64,000 nt of DNA from contig JBEPYO010000001.1 in the NCBI GenBank assembly GCA_041641295.1, positions 64,001 to 128,000 of the forward strand, written 5' to 3'. The notes below the pieces were generated by a model. That model ran no database searches. It was not told the origin of the DNA and worked only from the letters and a program-made list of their open reading frames with translations. This stretch comes from Nitrososphaerota archaeon. Lineage in GTDB: Archaea > Thermoproteota > Nitrososphaeria_A > Caldarchaeales > Calditenuaceae. Numbering within the stretch: position 1 is the stretch's first letter; the number at the start of each line of letters is the position of its first letter. Position numbers and translations under genes: made by a program. Positions 19,420 to 29,223 of this stretch are shown here, piece by piece.

Positions 19420-19928
19420 GAGTAGTAGATCACCTCTCCCCTCCGCTCCAGGACTGCGATAATTAGGATCTTCCCCTTCCTCATAACCTGCTTTGTTGCC
19501 TTGAGGAGTTCCTCCATCTTAAGTGTCGAGCCTTCGGGGAAAGGGAAAATGAGATACTTTGAGGTCTCCCTGTTGGAGGGTTCGTAGAGTCTATAGGTTA
19601 GCATGCCGCCAAACCCCATCTTCACTATCCTACCACTGCTTCTCAGGTCTCGGTATACTATGTATCGGGGCCAGAGATGGGGCTGTTCTTTAGAGAGCTG
19701 GTCAAGGTAGGCCTTGAAGTCTAGAGGGTTGCCCTCTCTGTCTGTGAGGCTGAGCGCCTTCTTCTCGAGGAGATATAGCACCTCCTCGGGCCAAAGCACC
19801 AGCTGGCCCTCAGAAAGATCTCCATACCCCCTCGCCATCATCCCCTCTATATCCCCCTCAACCACTCTGCACCTGTAGTCTTCAGCTAGGACAGCTTTTA
19901 GCCCCCCTCTCTCCAACCCACCGCCCAA
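19389..19928 (-). CDS. tRNA-intron splicing endonuclease subunit (probably structural/non-catalytic)
   Basis: EEVLYLLEK, YIVYRDLRSSGRIVK, IAVLERRGEVIYY; no His after the LY motif. Confidence 0.8.
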   Translation of the reverse strand: MGGGLERGGLKAVLAEDYRCRVVEGDIEGMMARGYGDLSEGQLVLWPEEVLYLLEKKALSLTDREGNPLDFKAYLDQLSKEQPHLWPRYIVYRDLRSSGRIVKMGFGGMLTYRLYEPSNRETSKYLIFPFPEGSTLKMEELLKATKQVMRKGKILIIAVLERRGEVIYYSCTDTNLSNL

Positions 19929-20001
19929 TAATATGTGAGTCAGGTAAAAACATGTATCGAATAAACTATGTTAAGAGGCTGAGACGTTTGTTTTTGGTTT
20001 C

Positions 20002-21558
20002 ATGTCGGAGCAGGGGAGGGAGGAGTTGGAGCTGCACCCCTTGGAGAGGCGTGTACTGAGCCTTATCCTCTCTGAGGGGCCTCTTGGTTTCGACGAGGTG
20101 GCCGCGAAGCTTTCCGTGAACGTGGGTGCCGTGGCTAAGGCGGCAGAGTGGTTGGCAAGTAAGGGGCTTGCAGAGCCCTCAAAGGCCTCTGTGACGCATG
20201 TGTTGACGCTTGGAGAGGAGGGGCTGATATACGTTGAGAAAGGTCTTCCTGAGAGGAGGCTTGTTGAGGTCCTCAGATCTATGGGGGGTGAGGCAACGCT
20301 CAGCCAGTTGGAATCTGCAGGCATCCTCGGCAAAGATGAGCTAAACATCGGCATCATCTGGGCTAAGAGGAATGGATGGATATCGGTCTCTAAATCTGAT
20401 GGCGAGGTCAAGCTCAAGATTGAGAGGTATCCGGACTCAAAGTCTGACGACGAGCTGGTCCTTGAGATATTGAAGAGGGGGGCGGCGAGGCTCGAAGATA
20501 TGGGCCCGCTCCAGGCCGCCTGTGAGAGGTTAAGCCGCAGACCCCGGGTGTTGAGGATTAATGAAGTTGCCAGATATGTTCTGACACCTACCAAGAGGGC
20601 TCTAAGCCTACCTCCCGAGGTGTTGGCTGAGAGGGAGGAGATTACTCAGTTGACCCCGGAGCTGCTTATCAGTGGGGCGTGGAGGGAGAAGAGGTTTAGA
20701 CGGTATGACGTGTATGCTCCTGTTAAGCCTGTACTGGCGCCTAGGCCACACCCGCTAACACACCTCATCCAGCTAATCAAGTCCATCTTTGTTGAGCTGG
20801 GGTTTGAGGAGATTCAGGGGCCGCTGGTGGAGCTCGCCTTCTGGAACTTCGACGCACTCTTCCAGCCGCAGGACCACCCGGCCAGAGAAATGCACGACAC
20901 CTTCTATCTTTCAAGCCCAGCCACAGGTGAGCCGCCAAGAGAGCTCGCCGCCAAGGTTGGCAGAGTCCATCGGGATGGTGGGGCGACAGGCTCAAGGGGC
21001 TGGGGATATGAATGGAGCATCGAAGAGGCTTCACGCCTAGTTCTGAGAACACACACTACAGCAACCACTATACGGCATCTCGCCCAATCTCCGAAGAGGC
21101 CCCTGAAAGTCTTCACAATAGACAGGGTCTACCGTAACGAGAAGGTTGACTGGCGGAGGCTGGCCGAGTTCCACCAGGTGGAAGGCATACTCGTAGATAA
21201 GAACGCAAACTTGAGACAGCTGATGGGGGTAATAAAGGAGTTCTACGCGCGGATGGGGCTTAAAAAAGTCAGATTCAGGCCCAGCTACTTCCCCTACACA
21301 GAGCCTTCGGCAGAGGTAGATGTCTACGTGGAGACTAAGGGTAGCTGGGTTGAGCTCGGCGGCATGGGCATCTTCAGGCCTGAAGTGACTTTGCCTCTTG
21401 GGGTCAGGGAGCCGGTCCTCGCTTGGGGACTGGGTCTCGAGCGTCTCGCCCTCCTACTACTCGACGTGGATGACGCGCGGATACTCTACCAGAATGATCT
21501 CAGGTGGCTCCTCAGCTTCAACCCTCTAAAGCTCGAGAAGCTCAGGGTGAGTGGCTAG
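20002..21558 (+). CDS. pheS: Phenylalanyl-tRNA synthetase alpha subunit
   Basis: FWNFDALFQPQDHPAREMHDTF, LRTHTT, YFPYTEPS, GLGLERL. Confidence 0.97.
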   Translation: MSEQGREELELHPLERRVLSLILSEGPLGFDEVAAKLSVNVGAVAKAAEWLASKGLAEPSKASVTHVLTLGEEGLIYVEKGLPERRLVEVLRSMGGEATLSQLESAGILGKDELNIGIIWAKRNGWISVSKSDGEVKLKIERYPDSKSDDELVLEILKRGAARLEDMGPLQAACERLSRRPRVLRINEVARYVLTPTKRALSLPPEVLAEREEITQLTPELLISGAWREKRFRRYDVYAPVKPVLAPRPHPLTHLIQLIKSIFVELGFEEIQGPLVELAFWNFDALFQPQDHPAREMHDTFYLSSPATGEPPRELAAKVGRVHRDGGATGSRGWGYEWSIEEASRLVLRTHTTATTIRHLAQSPKRPLKVFTIDRVYRNEKVDWRRLAEFHQVEGILVDKNANLRQLMGVIKEFYARMGLKKVRFRPSYFPYTEPSAEVDVYVETKGSWVELGGMGIFRPEVTLPLGVREPVLAWGLGLERLALLLLDVDDARILYQNDLRWLLSFNPLKLEKLRVSG

Positions 21559-21560
21559 TT

Positions 21561-23222
21561 ATGCCTGCCATCACATTGAGGGTTGACAGGGTATCCAGAT
21601 TTGTGGGCATCAATCTATCCTCCAACCAGATAGCGGAGCTGGCGGCCGCGTTGGGAATGTCTGTCGAGGAGGTGGGAGAGACTGAGGTCAAGGTCGAGTA
21701 TAACCCCAATCGCCCAGACTTTGGAAGCCAAGCCTCTATCGCAAGGGCCTTTAAGGGCCTGCTCGAGATCGAGCTAGGAGCTGGGAAATATTCTGCGAGA
21801 GCCTCCGGGATCGTCGTAGAAGTCGAGAGAAGCGTCCAATCTGTGAGACCTTACATCGCATGTGCACTGGTTCGCTCATTAAACCTAGACGAGGAGGATA
21901 TAGCGGACCTCATAGTATTGCAGGAGGACCTCCACTGGATTTTGGGCCGCGACCGCCGTAAAGTCGCCATCGGCATACACGACTACTCTAAGATCCGGCC
22001 ACCATTCACCTACCGTGCAGTCGGCCTCTCGGAGATACGCTTCATCCCGCTCGGCTCCTACCAAGAAATGACCCCACAGCAAATACTAGCCGAGCATCCC
22101 ACCGGGAGAAAATATGCTTGGATACTCCAAGGAAAGGACTTAGCGCCAATAATACTGGATAGCCGTGGGAACGTCCTCTCATTCCCACCAATAATCAACT
22201 CCTCCCTCACGGAGCTGAGACCCGGCGCGCGAGAACTATTCATAGACGTTACAGGCACAGACGAGAAAGCTGTAAACCAAGCACTAAACATACTGGTCAC
22301 CACACTGATAGACCTTGGTGGTGTCGCATACAAGACCCTTATAAAATACAAGTACAGGAGGAGACAAGTCTACACCCCCAACCTCTCAACCACCAAGTGG
22401 GTCTTGGACCCGAGCCTCGCATCGTCCCTCATCGGCCTAGAACTATCGATGAGAGATATTGTGAAGGCTTTGCGTAGAATGAGGCTTGATGCTAAAGCGT
22501 CGCGCGGGAAGGTGGTCGTGGGTGTACCGCCCTACAGGGTCGATATTCTACACCCCGTCGACCTAGTCGAGGAGGTTGCGATAGGCCTCGGCTACCAGAA
22601 CCTCGAGCCCGTGTTGCCAGAGACGGCAGGAATAGGGGCTCTACTGCCGGTCTCGAAGGCCCTAGACGTTCTGAGACAGTTTATGCTCGGTATGGGCTTC
22701 ACAGAGGTGGTAAACACGACACTCTCCAACACGGAGAGGGACTTTAACTGGATGCTCATCAACCGGGAGCCTGGAATAAAGATATTGAACCCGGTCTCCA
22801 TAATGTACGACTGTCTTAGAGAGCTGCTACTCCCCGGCCTCCTCTCAAACCTAGCCGCCAACTCGAAGAACCCGTATCCCCAGCGCCTATTCGAGCTCGG
22901 AGACGTGATAGTCAGGAATGACGCGCTACCGGAGAAGGCTGGAAGAGAGAAACACCTAGCCTTCGTTGCCTGCCACTCTACTGCGTCTTTCTCCGAGTTA
23001 AAGGCGGTGTTGGAGGAAGTTCTCCGCCTATTCGAGATGGAGAACAGTCTGTCCGCGAAGGACTATCCCTTCTTCATCCCTGGTCGCGGAGCAGCAGTGG
23101 TTAAGGAGGGGGTGGAGGTCGGCTTCATAGGCGAGGTACATCCCTCCGTCTTGGAGAACTTCGGCCTCTACATGCCCGTTGTAGGCTGCGAACTCAACCT
23201 CTCACTACTAGGCATAGCATAG
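21561..23222 (+). CDS. pheT: Phenylalanyl-tRNA synthetase beta subunit
   Basis: PNRPD, RRKVAIGIHD, FPPIINS, PPYRVDILHPVDLVEEVAI; ATG at 21561. Confidence 0.96.
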   Translation: MPAITLRVDRVSRFVGINLSSNQIAELAAALGMSVEEVGETEVKVEYNPNRPDFGSQASIARAFKGLLEIELGAGKYSARASGIVVEVERSVQSVRPYIACALVRSLNLDEEDIADLIVLQEDLHWILGRDRRKVAIGIHDYSKIRPPFTYRAVGLSEIRFIPLGSYQEMTPQQILAEHPTGRKYAWILQGKDLAPIILDSRGNVLSFPPIINSSLTELRPGARELFIDVTGTDEKAVNQALNILVTTLIDLGGVAYKTLIKYKYRRRQVYTPNLSTTKWVLDPSLASSLIGLELSMRDIVKALRRMRLDAKASRGKVVVGVPPYRVDILHPVDLVEEVAIGLGYQNLEPVLPETAGIGALLPVSKALDVLRQFMLGMGFTEVVNTTLSNTERDFNWMLINREPGIKILNPVSIMYDCLRELLLPGLLSNLAANSKNPYPQRLFELGDVIVRNDALPEKAGREKHLAFVACHSTASFSELKAVLEEVLRLFEMENSLSAKDYPFFIPGRGAAVVKEGVEVGFIGEVHPSVLENFGLYMPVVGCELNLSLLGIA

Positions 23223-23231
23223 ACTCTTAGC

Positions 23232-24077
23232 CTAGTCGGAGTAGCTCTCCTTCCAAGCAGGATATGAGCCGAGAACCTTCAGCAGAATAGATTTAGCCGC
23301 CAGCTCAGACAAAGCTTCACGAACCCTCTCATCGCTTATGTGGCCCTCGAAGTCTACGTAAAAGTGGTATTGCCAGGGCCTCGCCCTAGTGGGTCTGGAC
23401 TCTATCTTTGTCAGATTTATCTCCCGTCTCGCGAAGGCGCCGAGAGCCTCGTAGAGAGCGCCAGGCCTGTGGGGAAGGGAGAAGATTATGCTTGTCTTCT
23501 CCTTTTCAGCCCTCTCCGGCTCTCCGCGACCTATCACCAAGAACCTGGTGTAGTTTCTCCCGTAGTCTTCAATCCCTCGCGCCAAAATCTCCATTGAGTA
23601 TATCTCGGCGGCCCTGGCGCTTGCAATCGCTGCGACGGTTTTGTCTCCTAGCTCCTTGACGAGCCGGACTGCAGCCGCCGTGTCGTAGTGGCTGATCGAC
23701 TCTAGGCCGAGCGAGGCGATGTAGGCCCTGCATTGGGCGAGGGCCTGGGGATGTGATACAACCTTCTTAAGGCCGGCGATGGTTGCTCCAGGCAGCCCGA
23801 TTAGGCAGTGGGAGATTCTCAGATTCAACTCGCCTATAACTTTTAGGCTCGTGGTTAGGAGGGCGTCATAGGTCTCGCCGACGCTCCCCTCAATACTGTT
23901 CTCTACTGGTACAACGCCGGCCTCCACCTCGCCCGCCTCCACGCTCATAAAGACTGCGGAGATGGTTTTTCGCGGCTGGGGCTCAGCCCTCTCGCCGAAG
24001 TACCGTATAACCGCCTCCTCGCTGTAAGCCCCCCTCTCGCCTTGAAACGCCACCTTCAACCCACGCCAACACCACAA
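23232..24077 (-). CDS. pheA: Prephenate dehydratase (PDT + ACT)
   Basis: VAFQGERGAYSE, PVENSIEG, SHPQALAQC, NYTRF, LTKIESRP. Confidence 0.95.
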   Translation of the reverse strand: MWCWRGLKVAFQGERGAYSEEAVIRYFGERAEPQPRKTISAVFMSVEAGEVEAGVVPVENSIEGSVGETYDALLTTSLKVIGELNLRISHCLIGLPGATIAGLKKVVSHPQALAQCRAYIASLGLESISHYDTAAAVRLVKELGDKTVAAIASARAAEIYSMEILARGIEDYGRNYTRFLVIGRGEPERAEKEKTSIIFSLPHRPGALYEALGAFARREINLTKIESRPTRARPWQYHFYVDFEGHISDERVREALSELAAKSILLKVLGSYPAWKESYSD

Positions 24078-24094
24078 CTCGGCCTAATATCCAT

Positions 24095-25045
24095 TCACGC
24101 AGCCCGCGCCCCTTTCTCTTTTAACACCTTGATAAGAGCTGGAATGAACTGGTATAAGTCAATGGGGACCGAGTAGTCCGCCTCCCTATGGATGGGCGCC
24201 GAGGTGTCATTATTCACTGCAACAATTATCCTCGAATTCCTGACCCCCACCATGTGTTGCACCTGCCCCGATATTCCTATTGCGATGTAGAGCTGGGGGC
24301 TAATCCACTTACCAGACAGACCTACATGCTTTTCCTCAGGCATCCAGCCCAAGTCGCTTGCTATCGGCCTGCTACACGCCAGCTCCGCGCCTAGAAGCTG
24401 GGCAAGATCCTCCGCCATCTTCAAGTCCTCCCGCCTCTTAAATCCGCGGCCGACAGAGACCACAACACGGGCCTTAGAGAGGTCGGCCCCTTTCCTCTCA
24501 ATCTTTTCAACTGAGACGCGCCTCAGCCTCAAATTCTCTATAGACGGCCTACTGAGCCTCACAGTCTCAAAGCTGCCGCCCTCCCTCGCTTGTGGCCGCC
24601 TTCCTGTCAACTGAATTGTCAGAAGTGCTGGAAACTTCTTAATGGCTACTCTCTCAACATAGCCTCCCCCGAGGAATGGTCTCTCAACTACGAGCCTCCC
24701 ATCATTAAACTCTAGATTGGTGCAGTCCGTCAGGCATGGTGATGAAAGGTTCTGGGCTGTTCTCGCGAAGAGCTCTCTATAGATCTTCTTAGATGGTCCG
24801 ATAACTAGTCCCGGCTCACTATTTCTCACTAGGTCGATAACAATTTTTTCAAGTCCCTCGGGTGGAATCTCGTCAAAACCCTCTAGCAGATAGGCTCGCT
24901 TCAAACCAAGCGATGCGAGAGACTCCCCGTCAATCACGGCCTCTGGGATAAGCGCCTCCACGACCGAAGCTCCAATCTGGTCTGCGACAGCCCTCATCTC
25001 CAGTAGCTCGTCAAGCTCACCTGCCAAAATCAACACAGAAATCAA
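24095..25045 (-). CDS. etfA: Electron transfer flavoprotein alpha subunit (FixB-like)
   Basis: VVSVGRG, VGLSG, YIAIGISGQVQHMVG. Confidence 0.92.
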   Translation of the reverse strand: MISVLILAGELDELLEMRAVADQIGASVVEALIPEAVIDGESLASLGLKRAYLLEGFDEIPPEGLEKIVIDLVRNSEPGLVIGPSKKIYRELFARTAQNLSSPCLTDCTNLEFNDGRLVVERPFLGGGYVERVAIKKFPALLTIQLTGRRPQAREGGSFETVRLSRPSIENLRLRRVSVEKIERKGADLSKARVVVSVGRGFKRREDLKMAEDLAQLLGAELACSRPIASDLGWMPEEKHVGLSGKWISPQLYIAIGISGQVQHMVGVRNSRIIVAVNNDTSAPIHREADYSVPIDLYQFIPALIKVLKEKGARAA

Positions 25046-25824
25046 ACCCTAAGCACCCCCTCCCGAACCAGACTCTCCACAAGCCTCTCAGCACACTCGA
25101 GAGGATCACCCTCCAACACAATGTTTCTGCGCGCAGTCTTCAAAGCCCGGACCGAGAGCCTCTCGACAAGCGGCTCCACAAGATCCCTTTCTAGTCCCAG
25201 CTCTGAGAGGTCAACCCGCGTTATCGGCTTCTTAGACGCGGCCCTTATCATGAGTAGGCTTGGAAGCCTCGGAGAAGCCAGCTCTAGGCTGGCTGTTATT
25301 ATTAGCGGCAGCTCAGACTCGAGGGTCTCTGTCCTATCCTCTAGGCTGCGTCTTACCCGTACTATGTTCCCACTCAACTCGACGCTGACTGCATGTGTTA
25401 TGCATGGTATTCCCATCGCCTCTGAGAGTCTGGGGCCGAGCTGGTAGTTCCCAGCGTCTGAGGATGCCTCACCGCAAAAGAGTATGTCCGCCCCTCCCGC
25501 CTTTTTTGAGAGCCTTGAGAGGACGTTTGCAGTAACCCATGCATCGGCCATAGAGAGCCTAGGATCGCTGACGTAGAAACACCTATCAGCACCCATGGCG
25601 AGGGCTTCGCGGAGGACAAGCTCGTTCACGGCGTCGCCGGCCGAGAGTACTACCACTTCACCGCCCCAGCCCTCCTTAATCCTTAGGGCAGCCTCTAATG
25701 CAACTAAGTCCGCCTCACCCAGCCTGAGTGTGGCCTTCTCAAGCCTCGGAGCCAGCGTAGAGGGGTCATATTCTAAGGTTGAGATGTCGGGAACCTGCTT
25801 TACAAATACGTGAATAACCGGCAA
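25042..25824 (-). CDS. etfB: Electron transfer flavoprotein beta subunit (FixA-like)
   Basis: VKQVPD, ALEAALRIKE, ALAMGAD, PRLPSL. Confidence 0.92.
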   Translation of the reverse strand: MPVIHVFVKQVPDISTLEYDPSTLAPRLEKATLRLGEADLVALEAALRIKEGWGGEVVVLSAGDAVNELVLREALAMGADRCFYVSDPRLSMADAWVTANVLSRLSKKAGGADILFCGEASSDAGNYQLGPRLSEAMGIPCITHAVSVELSGNIVRVRRSLEDRTETLESELPLIITASLELASPRLPSLLMIRAASKKPITRVDLSELGLERDLVEPLVERLSVRALKTARRNIVLEGDPLECAERLVESLVREGVLRV

Positions 25825-25959
25825 GTCTCGGTCTCAGAAAATCACCCGCCCATCCCATTATTTATAGTGGTGGACTCTACTTGGGCGCCTCAAGGGGTTT
25901 GATGACCCATTGTTGTAGGCCCCTGAGAAATAAATATTGGGAGAGGACAGGTCATTCCA

Positions 25960-26448
25960 ATGAACCTCTCTAGGCTGCCGCAAGAGGTTGAGGCTGTTTT
26001 AGAGGGAGCGCTCGTCGCGATTTTAACCGTCATTAACGAGAGGAATGAGCCTGTCTCACATCCCATGCTACCACTATATGACCGCGAGAAAGGCGTGCTC
26101 TACTTCACCTCGAGCATTCTGTTCAGCAAGAAGCTCGAACACATCAAGAAAAACCCGCGAGTCTCTGTACTAATATCTCAGCGTGAATATGTGAAGTCTG
26201 AGCAATACCACGCTGTCGAGATTAAAGGTGATGCAAGGGTACTAGACCGAGACTTAAGCCGTGAGTGGCAGAGGCTATTACCCCTTTGGAGGAAGAAAGA
26301 GCCTTATATCGACGCATACGTTAAGCAGAGGTTTGCCCTGCCCCTCTTCTGGGAGAGGGCCATCATAGAGGTTCAGCCGAGAAAAGTAAGGGTCTGGCGC
26401 GACGGCGACCTAGAGAGGGAGCCCGAACATTATAGCCTTGGTGGGTAG
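25960..26448 (+). CDS. Pyridoxamine 5'-phosphate oxidase-like split-barrel protein (flavin/F420-binding family)
   Basis: AILTVINERNEPVSHP...YFTSS..SKKLEHIKKNPRVSVL...VEIKGDARV pattern. Confidence 0.8.
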   Translation: MNLSRLPQEVEAVLEGALVAILTVINERNEPVSHPMLPLYDREKGVLYFTSSILFSKKLEHIKKNPRVSVLISQREYVKSEQYHAVEIKGDARVLDRDLSREWQRLLPLWRKKEPYIDAYVKQRFALPLFWERAIIEVQPRKVRVWRDGDLEREPEHYSLGG

Positions 26449-26450
26449 GG

Positions 26451-27770
26451 ATGATCCAGATCGACGATTTGAGGAAGTTTGAGCAGGTTGCGATGGCTTT
26501 CATCGACGAAGACGGATACCCCTCGACGATACCTCTGGTCACCAGTAGACTGGACGGGGACGTTAAGCTTAAGCTGCCAAGAGGCATAGAGGGTGGCAAG
26601 GTTGAGGGCAAAAAGGTCAATCTCATATTAAATCACATTACGCCACTTCCCGCGGGCGGATATACAGACCGGCGGTACATAGTCTTCAGAGGCCTATCCC
26701 GAGTGAGGGACGACACCCTCAGTGTAGAGATGGAGAAAGTCTATACCTGGGACGAGAGAACGACACCATTTCCAGAATATGTTGAGGTCTCGACATCGAG
26801 GGCTAGGCGATATCTTGAGGGGATCGGGAAGAGGCTTGGAGAAACTTTTAGACCAAGCATAGGTGCCTTCTGGAGCTTTTTCAGGACGGTGCGGCTACCA
26901 TTCCTAATTGCGACGGCTGTACCGGTCGCGATTGGAGCGGGTGCTGCATTTTATAGAGGGTTCTTCGACCCGATACTCCTACTCCTAACGCTCCTGGGCC
27001 TCTCATGCATACATTTGGCACTGAATGTGGCAAACGATTATTTCGATACTATCTTGGGCGCCGACACAGCCAACAGGAGACCCACACCATTCAGCGGAGG
27101 GTCAAGAGCGATAATATACGGCATCGTCAACATGCAGGAGGCTAGATTGATCTATACATCCCTTTTCGTAGGTGGTGTGGTTACAGGCGCATATTTGGCG
27201 GTCACTAGAGGCTTGTTAGAGATTGCAATACTCACCGGTCTCGGATTGTTTCTCTCATACTTCTATACTGCGCCACCGCTTAAGCTGGCCTATAGGGGGC
27301 TTGGTGAAGTTGCAGTATTCCTCGGCTTCGGCCCAATAATCGTCCTTGGAACATATTTCGTCCAGACCCAGAGCATAGGCCTAGATGCTGTAGCCGCCTC
27401 GATACCTATAGGCCTCTTGATTATGCTGATACTCTACGTTAACGAGATACCGGACGCGCCATATGACAGGGAGGCGGGGAAGATGACCCTCCTTACAAGG
27501 TTCACGAAGGCGCAGGCATTATTCTTTCTCGCCGCCTCGTTCACAGCCACGTATCTAAGCATCTCCCTGATACCCCTACTCAATTTAGGGCCAGCATCCG
27601 TGATGATAGCTCTTGCCGGAGCCCCTCTCGCCTATCGCGTCTATAGGGGTGTTAAACAGAACTACGGCGACCCCTACCGGATGATTGGTGTCATGTCTCT
27701 AAACGTGAAGACCGCTGCGATAACAGGTTCTCTCCTAGCAGCAGGCTACTTTATCGGTGCAGCCCTATAA
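26451..27770 (+). CDS. Fusion protein: N-terminal split-barrel-like domain + MenA-type (UbiA superfamily) prenyltransferase
   Basis: N-terminal ~135 aa with MAFIDEDGYP..IP; C-terminal NVANDYFDTILGAD..PFSGGSR, YTAPPLKLAYRGLGE, NEIPD..YDREAGKMTL. Confidence 0.8.
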   Translation: MIQIDDLRKFEQVAMAFIDEDGYPSTIPLVTSRLDGDVKLKLPRGIEGGKVEGKKVNLILNHITPLPAGGYTDRRYIVFRGLSRVRDDTLSVEMEKVYTWDERTTPFPEYVEVSTSRARRYLEGIGKRLGETFRPSIGAFWSFFRTVRLPFLIATAVPVAIGAGAAFYRGFFDPILLLLTLLGLSCIHLALNVANDYFDTILGADTANRRPTPFSGGSRAIIYGIVNMQEARLIYTSLFVGGVVTGAYLAVTRGLLEIAILTGLGLFLSYFYTAPPLKLAYRGLGEVAVFLGFGPIIVLGTYFVQTQSIGLDAVAASIPIGLLIMLILYVNEIPDAPYDREAGKMTLLTRFTKAQALFFLAASFTATYLSISLIPLLNLGPASVMIALAGAPLAYRVYRGVKQNYGDPYRMIGVMSLNVKTAAITGSLLAAGYFIGAAL

Positions 27771-29195
27771 CCCGCGACTATTTCGCCGCTGCATCTCTAC
27801 CACCCTAAGGTCAGGCCACTTAATTCTGAGGGCAAGTGGAATGTTAATGATTGATAGGGCCCATGCGATGCCGAAGGAAATAATGCTGGGGTAATAAATC
27901 GTCTCAAGGGAGCCGAGTGCTATGGGAGCGTTGGCGAAGGGGGCCCACATGGTCTGTGAGCCGAGAGATCCGCCGAAGCTTCTGAAGAAGGTCAGAATAG
28001 AGGTTAGAAAGCCAAGCTCTGCTGAGGTGGCTAAAGTCTGAATCGTGATCAATGTCGTGGGGACGGTTAAGCCCATGGAGGTGCCCACCATTATGAGCGG
28101 CGGTATCAGGAGCCAATAGCTCGGGGCAAGAATGTTTGTAGCTATTAGGAGCGTGAGCGCTGCAAGAAAAAGGCCGACTCCTGTCTTGATCATGGGGCCT
28201 GGCCCATACTTGACTATGAGGCGTGAAGAAATGTTTGCAGCGAGAACCCATCCTAGGGTTGTGGGGGCCATAAGTAGACCAGCCGCTGTAGGGGGTAAAC
28301 CATAGAACCATTGAAGAATAGGGGGTATTACGGTTACTGTGCCGAAGAATGAGAAGCCTATCACTCCATTGATTGCGAACAATGTGAAATTCAGTCTGTC
28401 TGATAAGAGTCTGAACGGTATGAAAGGTGTTCTCTCCGCCCTTTCAACGCGTATGAAGAGGGGGGTAGCGATAAGAGCTACAATTGCTGTAAGCGATACT
28501 GCCTGCCAGCCGAGTAGTGGGGCGTCGATTAGCAGGAGGAGGCAGGTCGCGATTATTGTAAATAGTATGAACCCTTTTGTGTCGAGGCTTCTGTCCCTCT
28601 GCCTTGACCCCAGCCCCTTTAGGCTCTTCATCCCCATTACAAGGGCAACCAGCGCGGGCGGGATGTTAATGAGATAGACCCAACGCCACCCAAGCGCGTC
28701 TACTATCATCCCACCCATCGGCGGGCCGAGAATGCTACCAACAGCCCAGACAGTTGAAGTATATCCTGTTACACGTCCCCTTTCCTCAAGCGTGAACAGG
28801 TCCCCAATAATGGTGAACGTTAAGGCGAATATAGCCCCCGACCCTATACCCTGCAATAGTCTGAAAAGCACGAGCGTCTCCATGCTCCACGATATCCCAC
28901 ACAGGAGAGAGGCAACTAGGAAAACCACTAGGCCGGTGTTATAGATCAGCCGCCTCCCATACAGGTCTGATAGCCTGCCCCAAACCGGTATCGAGATTGT
29001 AGACGAGAAGATGAAGATCGTGATAGGCCAGTTGTAGAGTGCTTGGCCTCCGAGCTCGAGGACAGCCCGGGGCATCGCGATGGGAACGATAGTACCCTCT
29101 AATGAGGCCATGAATAGGCCCGTGATAAGACCAATCAGAATGCGCCACTTATTTAGGGGGCCATCAGCCACGCAATTTGAGGCAGTTATAGCCAA
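27765..29195 (-). CDS. MFS transporter, DHA2-like (14 TM)
   Basis: WGRLSDLYGRR motif A, GSILGPPMGG motif C, WRWVYLINIP. Confidence 0.9.
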   Translation of the reverse strand: MAITASNCVADGPLNKWRILIGLITGLFMASLEGTIVPIAMPRAVLELGGQALYNWPITIFIFSSTISIPVWGRLSDLYGRRLIYNTGLVVFLVASLLCGISWSMETLVLFRLLQGIGSGAIFALTFTIIGDLFTLEERGRVTGYTSTVWAVGSILGPPMGGMIVDALGWRWVYLINIPPALVALVMGMKSLKGLGSRQRDRSLDTKGFILFTIIATCLLLLIDAPLLGWQAVSLTAIVALIATPLFIRVERAERTPFIPFRLLSDRLNFTLFAINGVIGFSFFGTVTVIPPILQWFYGLPPTAAGLLMAPTTLGWVLAANISSRLIVKYGPGPMIKTGVGLFLAALTLLIATNILAPSYWLLIPPLIMVGTSMGLTVPTTLITIQTLATSAELGFLTSILTFFRSFGGSLGSQTMWAPFANAPIALGSLETIYYPSIISFGIAWALSIINIPLALRIKWPDLRVVEMQRRNSRGL

Positions 29196-29223
29196 TTTAA
29201 ACGTTATGTGTGAGAAGAGGAGT

